Source: an uncultured Gammaproteobacteria bacterium | Lineage (GTDB): Bacteria; Patescibacteriota; Patescibacteriia; UBA1558; 2-01-FULL-52-15 | DNA: 64,000 nt | Direction of reading: 5' to 3' | Assembly (NCBI GenBank): GCA_964402565.1 | Contig: CAYOCJ010000002.1 | Coordinates: forward strand, 234,982-298,981 | In this document: one piece after another, positions 37,376-47,321 of the stretch | Layout of the letters: each line of letters starts with the position of its first letter | Position numbering within the stretch: the first letter of the stretch is position 1 | The notes under the pieces: model-generated | The model's input: only the letters and a program-made list of their open reading frames with translations | Told to the model about the DNA's origin: nothing | Databases searched by the model: none | Position numbers and translations under genes: made by a program

Positions 37376-39370
37376 GTGTCTCTGCGTATGATCGATTTCA
37401 AAAAAGAACTCAATAAAGGGCAGTATGAAGTAGCTAGTTCTGGCGATGGTCCGGTATTGGTTTTGGCAGGCGCCGGGTCAGGGAAGACTCGAGCATTAAC
37501 GTATCGCGTTGCCTATCTTATCGAGCAGAAAGTAGATCCTTCAAGGATCTTGCTTCTGACATTCACGAACAAAGCTGCGCATGAGATGATGACGCGCGTC
37601 GATGCTTTGGTGAAAGATTCGAAGCTGAGCAAGAAAGTATGGGGAGGCACGTTTCACCATGTCGCGCATCGACTGCTTCGCAAAATGGGCTCAGCAGTAG
37701 GTTTGAAAAATAATTTCATCATTCTTGATCGTGAGGACAGTAAAGATTTACTCAAGCGGATCACGAAAGGAATGGCTGATGCAAGCGGTAAGCGCTTACC
37801 ACAGCCAGGGCTTTTCCTGGAAGTCATCAGCTATGCAGTGAGCGCGCAGGTTTCTATAGAAGATGCGCTCATTCGTAAATTTCCTGACGGACTTGATAGG
37901 ATCGAGCTTTTCACCAGAGTTGCCCAGGAATATGAAGCGCGTAAGAAACAAGGTCAGCTCGTAGATTTTGATGATCTGCTTCTGTACTGGTTAAGGTTAT
38001 TGAACTTGCCGAAGGTCAGAGAGAAAATGCAGGGTCTCTGGGAGTATATTCTTGTGGATGAGTATCAGGATACGAATGTGGTGCAGGATACTATCGTGCG
38101 CATCTTGGGAGAGAAGCATAAGAATGTCCTGGTAGTCGGCGATGATGCGCAGAGCATTTATTCTTTCCGGGCCGCAGACATTTCAAACATTTTAAATTTT
38201 CCTAAGGCCTTTCCAAATACTAAAACCATACGCCTGGAAGAAAATTATCGTTCCACGCCTGAAATTTTGGAAGTTGCAAACCATCTGATCAGCCAGAATG
38301 AGCGCCAATTCAAAAAAGAATTATTCACTACTCAGGAAAGTTCAGTAAAACCAGAGCTCATGGTCGCACAAGATCCTTCTGAAGAAGCAGAGATGGTCAC
38401 TGAACGCATTATTGCGCTGGAGAATGAAGGTGTTGATCTGTCCAATATCGCAGTATTGTTCCGAGCTGCCCACCAGAGCCAGGAATTAGAACTTGAATTG
38501 AACCGCAGGGCCATTCCGTACGAAATGCGCGGCGGTATTCGTTTCTTTGAGCGTGCGCATATCAAGGATGCGCTGGCCTATGTGAAAATTGTCGCGAATA
38601 TTCAGGATGAAGTGTCATGGTCGCGGATTCTGCAGCTCTATGAAGGCATCGGTGATGCAGGCGCGCAGAAGATCATTGTGCAGGTCCGGGAATGCGGCAC
38701 TTGGGAATCAGTACAAAATCAGACCATGACCTTAGGAGCGAATGCTGCAAAAGGATGGGGAGCCTTCATGAAGCATATCGGGATCATTTTGCCGAAAGTT
38801 TCTGATGGTCCGGCAGAATTATTGCGCGCCGTTGCGAAAAGTTATCGTGAATATGCGATCTCGGCATTTACTGATTATAAAGATCGACTGGATGATCTGG
38901 AGCAGTTTGCATTATTCGCAGAACGCTATGATGATGTCGATGATTTTCTGGCAGAAACAACCTTGCAGGAAGCGTTTGCAGTACGTCCTGGCACTGAGAG
39001 TAAGGATGAGAAAGGCGTCGTCTTGAGCACCATTCATCAGGCAAAGGGTTTAGAGTGGCATACGGTCTTTATCACGCACCTCACGCAAAATTCTATTCCG
39101 CATCCAAAGGCAATGATGGAAAAAGACGGACTCGAAGAAGAGCGCAGGCTTATGTATGTTGCCATCACGCGGGCTCAGCGGCGGCTGTATTTACTGTATC
39201 CATTGTCCACGTCGCGCTATACGGTTGGCCTGAATCAGCCGTCTCAATTTTTGCAGGAGATCGATCCGCAGATGCTGAATGGGACTCTTGAATTAGATGA
39301 CAGTGAACGGTATATTAATGTGGACGAAGATGGCAATCGAAGTTATTTGCCGTCGATAGATAGGTTATAG
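37376..39370 (+). CDS. pcrA: UvrD/PcrA/Rep family SF1 helicase
   Basis: LAGAGSGKT, TFTNKAA, VDEYQDTN, VGDDAQSIYSFR, NYRS, TIHQAKGLEW, EERRLMYVAITRA. Confidence 0.93.
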   Translation: MSLRMIDFKKELNKGQYEVASSGDGPVLVLAGAGSGKTRALTYRVAYLIEQKVDPSRILLLTFTNKAAHEMMTRVDALVKDSKLSKKVWGGTFHHVAHRLLRKMGSAVGLKNNFIILDREDSKDLLKRITKGMADASGKRLPQPGLFLEVISYAVSAQVSIEDALIRKFPDGLDRIELFTRVAQEYEARKKQGQLVDFDDLLLYWLRLLNLPKVREKMQGLWEYILVDEYQDTNVVQDTIVRILGEKHKNVLVVGDDAQSIYSFRAADISNILNFPKAFPNTKTIRLEENYRSTPEILEVANHLISQNERQFKKELFTTQESSVKPELMVAQDPSEEAEMVTERIIALENEGVDLSNIAVLFRAAHQSQELELELNRRAIPYEMRGGIRFFERAHIKDALAYVKIVANIQDEVSWSRILQLYEGIGDAGAQKIIVQVRECGTWESVQNQTMTLGANAAKGWGAFMKHIGIILPKVSDGPAELLRAVAKSYREYAISAFTDYKDRLDDLEQFALFAERYDDVDDFLAETTLQEAFAVRPGTESKDEKGVVLSTIHQAKGLEWHTVFITHLTQNSIPHPKAMMEKDGLEEERRLMYVAITRAQRRLYLLYPLSTSRYTVGLNQPSQFLQEIDPQMLNGTLELDDSERYINVDEDGNRSYLPSIDRL

Positions 39371-39371
39371 T

Positions 39372-39818
39372 ATGCAGCCAGGGATTGATTATATCGGAGT
39401 GAATGTCGGGTTCATTTGTCATGATGGCAAAGGAAACATTTTACTTCATCTGAGAAGTGATAAGACGCGAGATGAGCATTTTACCTGGGATGCAGGCGGC
39501 GGTCAGGTAGAATTTGGAGAAACGCCCGAGCAGGCTGTGATCCGTGAAGTTTTGGAGGAATATGGCTGCACTCCACTGCGTGTAGACCATATTGCGCAGC
39601 TTACCTTGCTCCGAGAGCATGAAGGAATGCCAACACATTGGCTCGCAAATATTTTTGCAATCAAGATAAACCCTGATGATGCAAAGATTATGGAGCCGGA
39701 GAAAAATTTAGAAATGAAATGGTATGCATTAGACGCGCTACCCGAGAAGCTGCACACTGCGCCGAAAAATATAATTGATAATCATAAAAATAAATTATTA
39801 ATGTATATTTTTTCATGA
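39372..39818 (+). CDS. Nudix hydrolase
   Basis: GGQVEFGETPEQAVIREVLEEYG. Confidence 0.93.
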   Translation: MQPGIDYIGVNVGFICHDGKGNILLHLRSDKTRDEHFTWDAGGGQVEFGETPEQAVIREVLEEYGCTPLRVDHIAQLTLLREHEGMPTHWLANIFAIKINPDDAKIMEPEKNLEMKWYALDALPEKLHTAPKNIIDNHKNKLLMYIFS

Positions 39819-40591
39819 ACGACAAACTCGTCCTCGACCTTGAAACCAAAAAAACATTTGAAGAAGTGGGCGGCTACCATAACGCTGATAAACTTGGCAT
39901 TTCTTTGGTCGGCGTATATTCATATGCACGAAATCAGTATCGGGCATTTCGTGAAGAAGAATTCAAAGAATTGAAAGAATGGCTGGAAGCATCAGACCTC
40001 ATTATCGGTTTTAACAGCAAACATTTTGATTTTACCGTGCTGCAGCCCTATTATCCGAAATATGATCTGTCGAAGTTGCCGCACTTGGATATTTTAGAAG
40101 AAGTTGTCTATGCATTAGGACATCGTCTGAAACTGGAGAGTATTGCACAAGCCACGCTCGGACACGGCAAATCAGGAGATGGTCTGGATGCGATAAAATA
40201 TTTCAGAGAAGGCGACTGGGCAAGTCTCGAGAAATATTGTTTGGACGATGTGCGTGTCACGAAGGAAGTGTATGATTATGGCGTATCGCATGGCTATATC
40301 TGGTATGCGAATTATGGGGTGAAAGAAAAGATACAGGCGCGCTGGTCAAAGGGTGAGACCGTAGAGGATATTGTGAAACGCGCTGTCACCAAAGGCCTGC
40401 AGCTGGAAATCGATTACATTGATGACGATGGTGCAGCGACTACGAGAAAAATAGATATTCAGAGCGTTTCAGGCAATAAGATCAAAGCGTATTGCCATTT
40501 GCGCCAAGGATTGCGGTATTTCGACCTTGCAAAAATTACGAAGGCGGCAGATACTGGACCTATGCAGAGTTTCCAGAAAAGTTTGCTTTAA
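39815..40591 (+). CDS. RNase H-like (DEDD, RNase_H_2/YprB-like) exonuclease fused to a C-terminal WYL domain
   Basis: LDLET, IGFNSKHFD, YCLDDV; C-terminal IDYIDDDGAATTRKID...AYCHLRQGLRYFDLAKI. Confidence 0.82.
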   Translation: MNDKLVLDLETKKTFEEVGGYHNADKLGISLVGVYSYARNQYRAFREEEFKELKEWLEASDLIIGFNSKHFDFTVLQPYYPKYDLSKLPHLDILEEVVYALGHRLKLESIAQATLGHGKSGDGLDAIKYFREGDWASLEKYCLDDVRVTKEVYDYGVSHGYIWYANYGVKEKIQARWSKGETVEDIVKRAVTKGLQLEIDYIDDDGAATTRKIDIQSVSGNKIKAYCHLRQGLRYFDLAKITKAADTGPMQSFQKSLL

Positions 40592-40609
40592 TCAACTAAC
40601 GATAACACC

Positions 40610-40930
40610 ATGCGAGTGGAAGAGATCTATGCGGCACCGAAGATGCCAAAGCGCAATGAGCCGAGCTCTGGTGAGCAAGAATTTGATGAACAGTATATAG
40701 ATCATATTGTCGCTGCTGTTTCTTTCAAAGAGCATCCGAATTTTGGTATGTATTTCAAAGAAGTCGATCCGAACACAGGGTTGGTCAATGTGTATAAGAC
40801 TAAGGACAATAGCATGCTCTTATCATTGACCCCCGAGGAATTCGCTGCAAGAAAAATTGCACAAGCTGCAGATCATTTGCCCGACGGATCAGACGCTCTC
40901 AAAGATATGCGGACCGCGAAATGGCACTAA
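40610..40930 (+). CDS. Hypothetical protein
   Basis: 106-aa ORF co-oriented with the upstream operon. Confidence 0.6.
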   Translation: MRVEEIYAAPKMPKRNEPSSGEQEFDEQYIDHIVAAVSFKEHPNFGMYFKEVDPNTGLVNVYKTKDNSMLLSLTPEEFAARKIAQAADHLPDGSDALKDMRTAKWH

Positions 40931-40947
40931 GTACATAACGTGATTTG

Positions 40948-40980
40948 AAAACCGCCCCGATGTACATCGGGGCGGTTTTT
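40948..40980. terminator. Bidirectional terminator
   Basis: AAAACCGCCCCGATG-TA-CATCGGGGCGGTTTT. Confidence 0.75.
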
Positions 40981-40986
40981 ATTCAC

Positions 40987-41550
40987 TTACTCAGTAAATT
41001 TGAAACTTTGAATGATATCCGGGAAAATGAATCGTTCTTGCGTGGTTCCAGGCGTAAGGTCTATGGTGACGCGTGCGCCATTTTTCTCAAATGCATAGGT
41101 ATTGGTTTTTTGCGGGTCTGCTCCGTCGATAGGTTTTCGTTTCATGAGAGCTCCATTGACGAAGACTGCGGTGCCTGGCAGCTTCTCAAAAGACTCAGAA
41201 GGATGATTCGTTGCAGTCACGCGAATAGCCAGATTGGATGCAGCGGTATCTTTCGAGGTGATAGACACCGATGCTTCATCAGTCGTGTTATGTTCAGCAA
41301 CGGTCATAGCATCGGGATGCCACAGTTCGAAGCCAAAATTTCCCCCTTTGTAGGTATAGGTCGATCCGCCTGATGCCATGGTCGGATGATTCAGGAGATC
41401 GCCAGCTGAGCCCAGGTCTACATCGAGAGAGTTGGTATCTTTTGAATCAACAACGGCATTCTGCGGGCTCTGCGCTGACGGGGGTGTTTTCTTCCACCAG
41501 CAACCGCTTAACACCAGGGGTATGATGAGCAAAAAGAGAAATTTTTTCAT
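40987..41550 (-). CDS. Putative lipoprotein (PsbP-like fold possible)
   Basis: Signal peptide with lipobox LSGC. Confidence 0.75.
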   Translation of the reverse strand: MKKFLFLLIIPLVLSGCWWKKTPPSAQSPQNAVVDSKDTNSLDVDLGSAGDLLNHPTMASGGSTYTYKGGNFGFELWHPDAMTVAEHNTTDEASVSITSKDTAASNLAIRVTATNHPSESFEKLPGTAVFVNGALMKRKPIDGADPQKTNTYAFEKNGARVTIDLTPGTTQERFIFPDIIQSFKFTE

Positions 41551-41591
41551 GCACTTAGGATACCACGTGTCGACAAAACAAAAAAGTTCGC

Positions 41592-43277
41592 TTAGAGCGT
41601 CACATCGTATACCTTGATCGTCGAAGGCGGGGTCGTATTATGTATGGCATGCACCGGCGCTTTGGCCCACTGCAAGGTCGTTTCGATGACATCGATATAT
41701 TTGTTATACTCCCTTCCCTCATCTGAATCTGGCTGTACATCACCGTCGATAGTGATGAACCAAAAATGTTTGGCGCCTCTCGATTGCAAGAACGCAAAAA
41801 AATTGGTATCGCCGGGGTTGCTTTCGTTCATTAGCTTCAATACATAGTTGAGCGAGACGATGGGCCGGTCATAGTAAAATTGATACCGGCGCAGATACCA
41901 GATGAATGAGAACCAATTCATCCGTTCATCGATGATGATGGTATTGTTCAGAGACTGATCAATGCCGACTTTCGTGTCAGCCATAGTCAGGATCTTTTTT
42001 CTGGGCGGCAGAGGGCCATATACCGTGCTGCGGAGGTACTCGTCCAATGCATGGTAGTTTCTTTGATAGAATCGGTCAGTGGCAAATGAAATGCCTGCAT
42101 GCCCCAGCGGTGTGAGCAGCAGATTGGTATTGATGCTATAGAAACATTCAATGACCGCGACCACCGACAGGATGGTATAGCTGATGCGTCTGAGCTCAGG
42201 AGCTTCTTTTCGTACCGCATAGATGCTTATCCCGAGCAAAATGGAAAAAAGCGGCATGAGTATCGTCAGGAAACGCGCCTGTGCACCTGCGACCAGGAAC
42301 ATCGCGGACGCAAAGAGTATGCCGAGAGTTGCGATCGTTTGTAAGACGCTGTTTTTTCTGCGCCAGAGCATCACGATGCTGGCGCAAAATACAATGCCAA
42401 GGATCACCGTAGTGGGTAATGACTCGTTCCTCAGAAAAATACTTATGACACTTTCAGCATTGGCGACCAGGTTCAAGTTGACGCTTCGGTTGAAGAGCGC
42501 CTGATAATCAGCAGTATGCATGCCGAGCATGGATGACAATGCGGCATCGAAATGTCCGCGTGTTTGAAATACGAATATGTTAAAAATGATGACCGGCAGC
42601 ATCATAACGGGCACGATGAGCCATGAGAGCCAAAAGCGCTTCTGCGAAAAAAGTTTTTTATTGTGCAGCCATATGGCTGCCAGTATGGTCGGTATCAAAA
42701 AGATCGACGTATACTTCGTCATTAATGCGCAGCCTAAGTACAAGTTTAACCCAAGTGCAGAAGATAGGTCTCCGCGATCTATCAATAGCTTCAGGAAAAA
42801 CACAACAGCTATCACGAAAAAAACTTGTATGCCCTCGATATATCCAGTCCGGCTCATCCACACGCCATAGGAGCCTACAGCTAGCAATGCGGTGCCTATA
42901 GTAGCTGAGGGCGCATCAGTTGATCTATACAGCAGGAACCAGAGCAAGATCACGCTCGCCACTCCCGTGACTGCAAATGGTAAGAATGCTGAAAGATCGT
43001 TATCACCGAAGACCGCAAAGAAAAAATGCTGGATGATAAAGCTCAACGGCGGATGATCATGGAAAGACAACTTTGACCACCAGGGCATTACCCCGAGCCA
43101 GACAAGCGGCGTGGTTTGATTATCATCTGCCAGATAATCCTCATAGCCAACGGCACGAAAACTATTCAATGCCTGATCATGCTGGACATCGAGCTTGGTG
43201 ATGCCGTAAAACCTGAAAAAGACGCTCAGTAATATAAGCAGGGTCAATGTCAGTTTATTGATGCGCGACATCGTCAT
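41592..43277 (-). CDS. GT-C glycosyltransferase (ArnT/PMT_2, family 39-like)
   Basis: HDQ loop, FHDHPPL, MTKY, many TMs. Confidence 0.85.
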   Translation of the reverse strand: MTMSRINKLTLTLLILLSVFFRFYGITKLDVQHDQALNSFRAVGYEDYLADDNQTTPLVWLGVMPWWSKLSFHDHPPLSFIIQHFFFAVFGDNDLSAFLPFAVTGVASVILLWFLLYRSTDAPSATIGTALLAVGSYGVWMSRTGYIEGIQVFFVIAVVFFLKLLIDRGDLSSALGLNLYLGCALMTKYTSIFLIPTILAAIWLHNKKLFSQKRFWLSWLIVPVMMLPVIIFNIFVFQTRGHFDAALSSMLGMHTADYQALFNRSVNLNLVANAESVISIFLRNESLPTTVILGIVFCASIVMLWRRKNSVLQTIATLGILFASAMFLVAGAQARFLTILMPLFSILLGISIYAVRKEAPELRRISYTILSVVAVIECFYSINTNLLLTPLGHAGISFATDRFYQRNYHALDEYLRSTVYGPLPPRKKILTMADTKVGIDQSLNNTIIIDERMNWFSFIWYLRRYQFYYDRPIVSLNYVLKLMNESNPGDTNFFAFLQSRGAKHFWFITIDGDVQPDSDEGREYNKYIDVIETTLQWAKAPVHAIHNTTPPSTIKVYDVTL

Positions 43278-43288
43278 GAGCGTATAGA

Positions 43289-44137
43289 TCAGGTGCTGGA
43301 TTTTCGCTGGCGTGCCAATAGTACCGTATTGAAGAGGAGCATGGCCACTGTCATCGGTCCGACGCCGCCAGGTACGGGGGTTATAAAGGATGTTTTCGGA
43401 GCAACGCTGTCAAAATCAACATCGCCCAGAGTCCTGCCGTCTTTTTTTGAAATGCCTACATCGATAATGATAGAACCCTCTTTGATCATAGTGTTCCTAA
43501 GCCAGAGTGGTTTGCCGACAGCTGTAATGATGATATCTGCAGCTTTTGCCGCAGAGGCTATCTGCGGATCATCAGGACGAATGACACCGCTTTTCACCAT
43601 ATTGAGCGCAAGTAAGGCAGCAAGTGGCTTAGAAAATTCTTCGCTCTTGCTAATGATGAGCGCTTCTTTGCCTTCATACTGCTCCAGGCCGGTCGAAGCC
43701 AGCAGCGTCCAAATGCCTAACGGCAATCCTGGAAGCAAATGTTGTTTTTTACCCGCAAGGAGACTTTCGATATTTTTTTTATGGAAACCATCAACGTCTT
43801 TGCGATAATCCATAGCATCAATGATCTTTTGCTGGTCAAGATGCTTCGGTAATGGCAGCTGGATAAGGATAGCATCGATCTGCGGGTCATCGTTTAAAAA
43901 TTGTACTGTAGCAAGAACATCAGCTTCGGAGGTATTCTCAGTAAGCAAATATTTGTGGAAGCCAATCCCTGCTTTTTTACAGGCCTGTTCTTTCAGCTTC
44001 ACATAGAGAAGAGATGCGGGATCATCACCGACAAGGATGACGGCAAGCTGCGGCTCGAGACCTTCGTCGACTATCGCTTCAGTGACTTCCGCGATGATAT
44101 CAGCGGCTAATTTTTTCCCGTCTATAATTTTGTACAT
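43289..44137 (-). CDS. folD: Methylenetetrahydrofolate dehydrogenase/cyclohydrolase
   Basis: IIDGK, VGDDPASLLYV, QLPLP, KDVDG, TPVPGGVGPMT. Confidence 0.97.
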   Translation of the reverse strand: MYKIIDGKKLAADIIAEVTEAIVDEGLEPQLAVILVGDDPASLLYVKLKEQACKKAGIGFHKYLLTENTSEADVLATVQFLNDDPQIDAILIQLPLPKHLDQQKIIDAMDYRKDVDGFHKKNIESLLAGKKQHLLPGLPLGIWTLLASTGLEQYEGKEALIISKSEEFSKPLAALLALNMVKSGVIRPDDPQIASAAKAADIIITAVGKPLWLRNTMIKEGSIIIDVGISKKDGRTLGDVDFDSVAPKTSFITPVPGGVGPMTVAMLLFNTVLLARQRKSST

Positions 44138-44138
44138 G

Positions 44139-45374
44139 TTAGCCGAGTTCAGGGTAGAGGGGGAAGTTTTTCATAAGTTCAGTTACTGCAGGTTTTTGAG
44201 TTGCAGCAGATTCAGGGTTTTTCAGGATCTTAACAATGATCTCCCCGAGGATCCTCATTTCTTGTTCTTTGAGTCCGCGAGTCGTCAGCGCAGGCGTGCC
44301 AAGACGAATACCTGATGGATCCATTGGTTTGCGCGTATCATCAGGTATCGCATTTTTGTTTACGGTGATGCCAGCTTCATCGAGAGCGTGCTCGGCGATC
44401 TTGCCCGTGGTGCCGAGGGGAGTGACGTCGAGAAGCAGCAGGTGGTTTTCTGTGGTGCCATGGCAGATCTTGAGACTTGCGTCTTTGAACACCATTTCAA
44501 GCGCCTTTGCGTTTGCGATGACCTGCTTTGCATAATCGCTGAATGCCGGCTCGAGCGCTTCTTTGAACGCAACAGCCTTGGCAGCAATGTTATTTTCATG
44601 CGGCCCGCCCTGGAAGCCAGGGAAAACGCTTTTATCTATTGCCTGAGCGAATTTTTCTTTGCACAAAATCATGCCGCCGCGCGGGCCGCGCAATGTCTTA
44701 TGCGTCGTGGTGGTGACAATGTCAAATATTTCCACTGGATTCTTGAGTTGCTTGCCGGCAATGAGTCCTGCGATATGGGCCATATCCATCATCGTGATAG
44801 CGCCAACTTCATCGGCAATCTCTTTCAGTTTTACATAATCCAATTCCCGCGAATATGCAGAGAATCCTGCGAGAAGGATTTTGGGCTTATGTTCGAGTGC
44901 CATCTGGCGGACATTGTCATAGTCGATCAGACCAGTAGCAATTGTTGTCTTATAGCGTACGAAGTTAAAGACCTTGGTCATATAGGTCACCGGATGGCCA
45001 TGCGTCAGATGTCCGCCATGGCCCAGGTCCATGCCGAGGACTGTATCGCCTGGCTGTAAGAGAGCAAAATAAACAGCAATGTTAGCAGGAGCGCCCGAGA
45101 GCGGCTGTACGTTTACATGTTCTGCGCCGAAGAGTTTTTTTGCGCGTTCAATAGCAAGTGTCTCTATTTGGTCAATAAATTCACAACCGCCATAGTAGCG
45201 CTTGCCAGAGTATCCTTCCGAATATTTGTTTGTCAGCACCGAACCAAGCGCCTCGAGCACGGCCAGAGAGGCGAAGTTCTCAGAGGGTATCATTTCAGCG
45301 CCGCTGCGCTGGCGTTCGAGCTCTTTAACTATAGAGGAATGGAGTTCTGGATCGTAGGTTTGGAGTATTGACAT
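44139..45374 (-). CDS. glyA: Serine hydroxymethyltransferase
   Basis: IPSEN, NKYSEGY, GGHLTHG, TTTTHKTLRGPRGG; start set at ATG 45374. Confidence 0.98.
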   Translation of the reverse strand: MSILQTYDPELHSSIVKELERQRSGAEMIPSENFASLAVLEALGSVLTNKYSEGYSGKRYYGGCEFIDQIETLAIERAKKLFGAEHVNVQPLSGAPANIAVYFALLQPGDTVLGMDLGHGGHLTHGHPVTYMTKVFNFVRYKTTIATGLIDYDNVRQMALEHKPKILLAGFSAYSRELDYVKLKEIADEVGAITMMDMAHIAGLIAGKQLKNPVEIFDIVTTTTHKTLRGPRGGMILCKEKFAQAIDKSVFPGFQGGPHENNIAAKAVAFKEALEPAFSDYAKQVIANAKALEMVFKDASLKICHGTTENHLLLLDVTPLGTTGKIAEHALDEAGITVNKNAIPDDTRKPMDPSGIRLGTPALTTRGLKEQEMRILGEIIVKILKNPESAATQKPAVTELMKNFPLYPELG

Positions 45375-45378
45375 AAGG

Positions 45379-45720
45379 TTATGAGTCATTCCGAATCCCC
45401 GAAGCCGAGGGGTGAGGAATCTCACCAGTCTCTACACTTCGCAGCAGATCCGTAAATGTAGGATTTGTAGTTTTAATCAATTTTATTTTCTTTTCTCTAC
45501 GCCAGCCCTTTATCTCTTTTTCCCTTTGGATGGCGCTGAGAGCGTCTCGGTAGACATCATAGAATACAAGTTTGTGAGCATGGAATCGTTTTACAAAACT
45601 TGAATCTACAGCCTCTCTGTGCTCAATTATTCTTCTTTCAAGGTTATTCGTGATACCAACGTAGATGACTGTATCAAATACGTTGGTCAGTATATAAACA
45701 AAATACGTATCGCTTTTCAT
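45379..45720 (-). CDS. Small GIY-YIG nuclease (YhbQ/UPF0213-like)
   Basis: FVYILTN...IYVGITNNLERRIIEH...AIQREKEIKGWRREKKIKLI...NP. Confidence 0.92.
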   Translation of the reverse strand: MKSDTYFVYILTNVFDTVIYVGITNNLERRIIEHREAVDSSFVKRFHAHKLVFYDVYRDALSAIQREKEIKGWRREKKIKLIKTTNPTFTDLLRSVETGEIPHPSASGIRNDS

Positions 45721-45771
45721 GGCTTGTATCTTGTGAGATCCCTCCCGCGTTGCTACGCAGTTCGGGATGAC
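45385..45771. mobile_element. GIY-YIG gene bounded by REP-like imperfect inverted repeats
   Basis: Left GTCATTCCGAA...GAGGAATCTC (45385-45423). Right GAGATCCCTC...TTCGGGATGAC (45735-45771), whose reverse complement is GTCATCCCGAA...GAGGGATCTC. Confidence 0.65.
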
Positions 45772-45812
45772 GGTTGCATTTATATCATAGTCTTACCCTA
45801 CCGGTTTTTGTA

Positions 45813-46445
45813 TCATTTGAAAAGCCTCTTGCCCTGCTTATTCCATTCGATGACCTTGCCGAAAGACGCCTCGATGCTGTCGGCCTTTCGAAGGCTTTGT
45901 AAGTTGCTTGTTGGTGCAACAGGCAGATGCTTTGATCGGTCGAGCGCACGGGGAATAAAAAAGAGGTCTTGTTCGCTTATCATCCAGTGTTTGTTGTCGA
46001 ATATTGAGAGGTCGAAAGGCAGCGAATACGAGAGCATGGTTTTTGTGCCATTGTTAAGGAAGTATTCATGAAAATAGGAAAGAGCTAGCTCTCGAATATT
46101 TTTATATACCGGCTCGCGGTAGCGGAGGACGGCATGATTGGTCTTACTGACTGCGCCCCAGTAGCCATTTTTCTTGAAAAGGGCTACCACATGATCGTCG
46201 TCGCCTTTGGCGGATTTCAGATCCATAATGAATGGTTTGTGGCCATGCAAGCGGAGCGCGAGCGCAGCGAGCATTGCACCTTCCATGCAATGCGCCTTCT
46301 TTTCACGTAGCACGCGCCTAGGCGACATGCAGGTTTCGCCTTTCAATTCGAAATTATTTGCGATTGAATTCAAAAAGTCCTGGATTTTAGAAGGTGTGTC
46401 CAGCTTTCGTACTAATTGCAACTCGGGTGCCGTCAGATTAAACAT
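45813..46445 (-). CDS. Transglutaminase-like/cysteine-protease-fold hypothetical protein
   Basis: SPRRVL..AHCMEGA, DDHVVALF, GAVSKTNH, LRYREPVY. Confidence 0.7.
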   Translation of the reverse strand: MFNLTAPELQLVRKLDTPSKIQDFLNSIANNFELKGETCMSPRRVLREKKAHCMEGAMLAALALRLHGHKPFIMDLKSAKGDDDHVVALFKKNGYWGAVSKTNHAVLRYREPVYKNIRELALSYFHEYFLNNGTKTMLSYSLPFDLSIFDNKHWMISEQDLFFIPRALDRSKHLPVAPTSNLQSLRKADSIEASFGKVIEWNKQGKRLFK

Positions 46446-46493
46446 AGATTTAGTATAGCGTTTTTTTCTTTTTATTGTTATAGTAGCGTTACT

Positions 46494-47306
46494 ATGAAGA
46501 AAACTCCGACGAATAAAAAATTGATCGTATTTGATCTTGATGGCACGCTTGCGCCGAGCAAGTCTGTCATTGATTCTGAAATGGAAAAGTTACTGAAGGA
46601 ATTACTTTCGGTGCGGAAAGTAGCGGTTATCGGCGGCGGTAAGTATGCATTATTCCAGCAACAGCTCTTAGAGCGATTGCACGGTTCAAAAGAACTGTTT
46701 GCCCGCTTATTCCTTTTTCCGACGACTTCCACCGCGTTTTATCGTTATGAACGCGGGAAGTGGAAAAATATCTATAAACTTGAGTTGACACCGCGAGATC
46801 GCAAGAAAATCGTACAAACGTTCAATGAAGTCTTCAAAGAAATAGGTTATCAGCATCCGGTAAAGACCTATGGCAAGGTCATTGAAGATCGACGTACTCA
46901 GGTTACCTTTTCAGCGCTTGGCCAGGAGATCGTAGCTGTCCTTGGGCCCAAAGGCGTACGCATGAAAGACGAATGGAAAGAAAAAAATACGCCGATCAAG
47001 CTGAAGATCGCCAAACTGATGCAGAAAAAGTTACCGCATCTCGAGGTCCGCGCCGCAGGGCACACCTCGGTCGATGTAACCCGCAAAGGCATCGATAAGG
47101 CATATGGACTGAAACAGATTGAGAAGCATTTGCATGTGCCGATCCGCGACATGCTGTTCATTGGCGACGCTATTTTCCCCGGCGGCAATGACTATGCGAT
47201 CGTCCGAACGCGCGTACAGTATGTCAAAGTGAAAGACCCGAAGGATACCAAAAAAGTCATACGCGATATTTTGAAAGCAGCTGCACAAGGGAAACCAAAG
47301 CGTTAA
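46494..47306 (+). CDS. HAD-IIB hydrolase, phosphomannomutase-like
   Basis: FDLDGTL, IEDR, GIDKAYG, FIGDAIFPGGND; start set at ATG 46494. Confidence 0.9.
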   Translation: MKKTPTNKKLIVFDLDGTLAPSKSVIDSEMEKLLKELLSVRKVAVIGGGKYALFQQQLLERLHGSKELFARLFLFPTTSTAFYRYERGKWKNIYKLELTPRDRKKIVQTFNEVFKEIGYQHPVKTYGKVIEDRRTQVTFSALGQEIVAVLGPKGVRMKDEWKEKNTPIKLKIAKLMQKKLPHLEVRAAGHTSVDVTRKGIDKAYGLKQIEKHLHVPIRDMLFIGDAIFPGGNDYAIVRTRVQYVKVKDPKDTKKVIRDILKAAAQGKPKR

Positions 47307-47321
47307 AAAGATCGAGACGTT

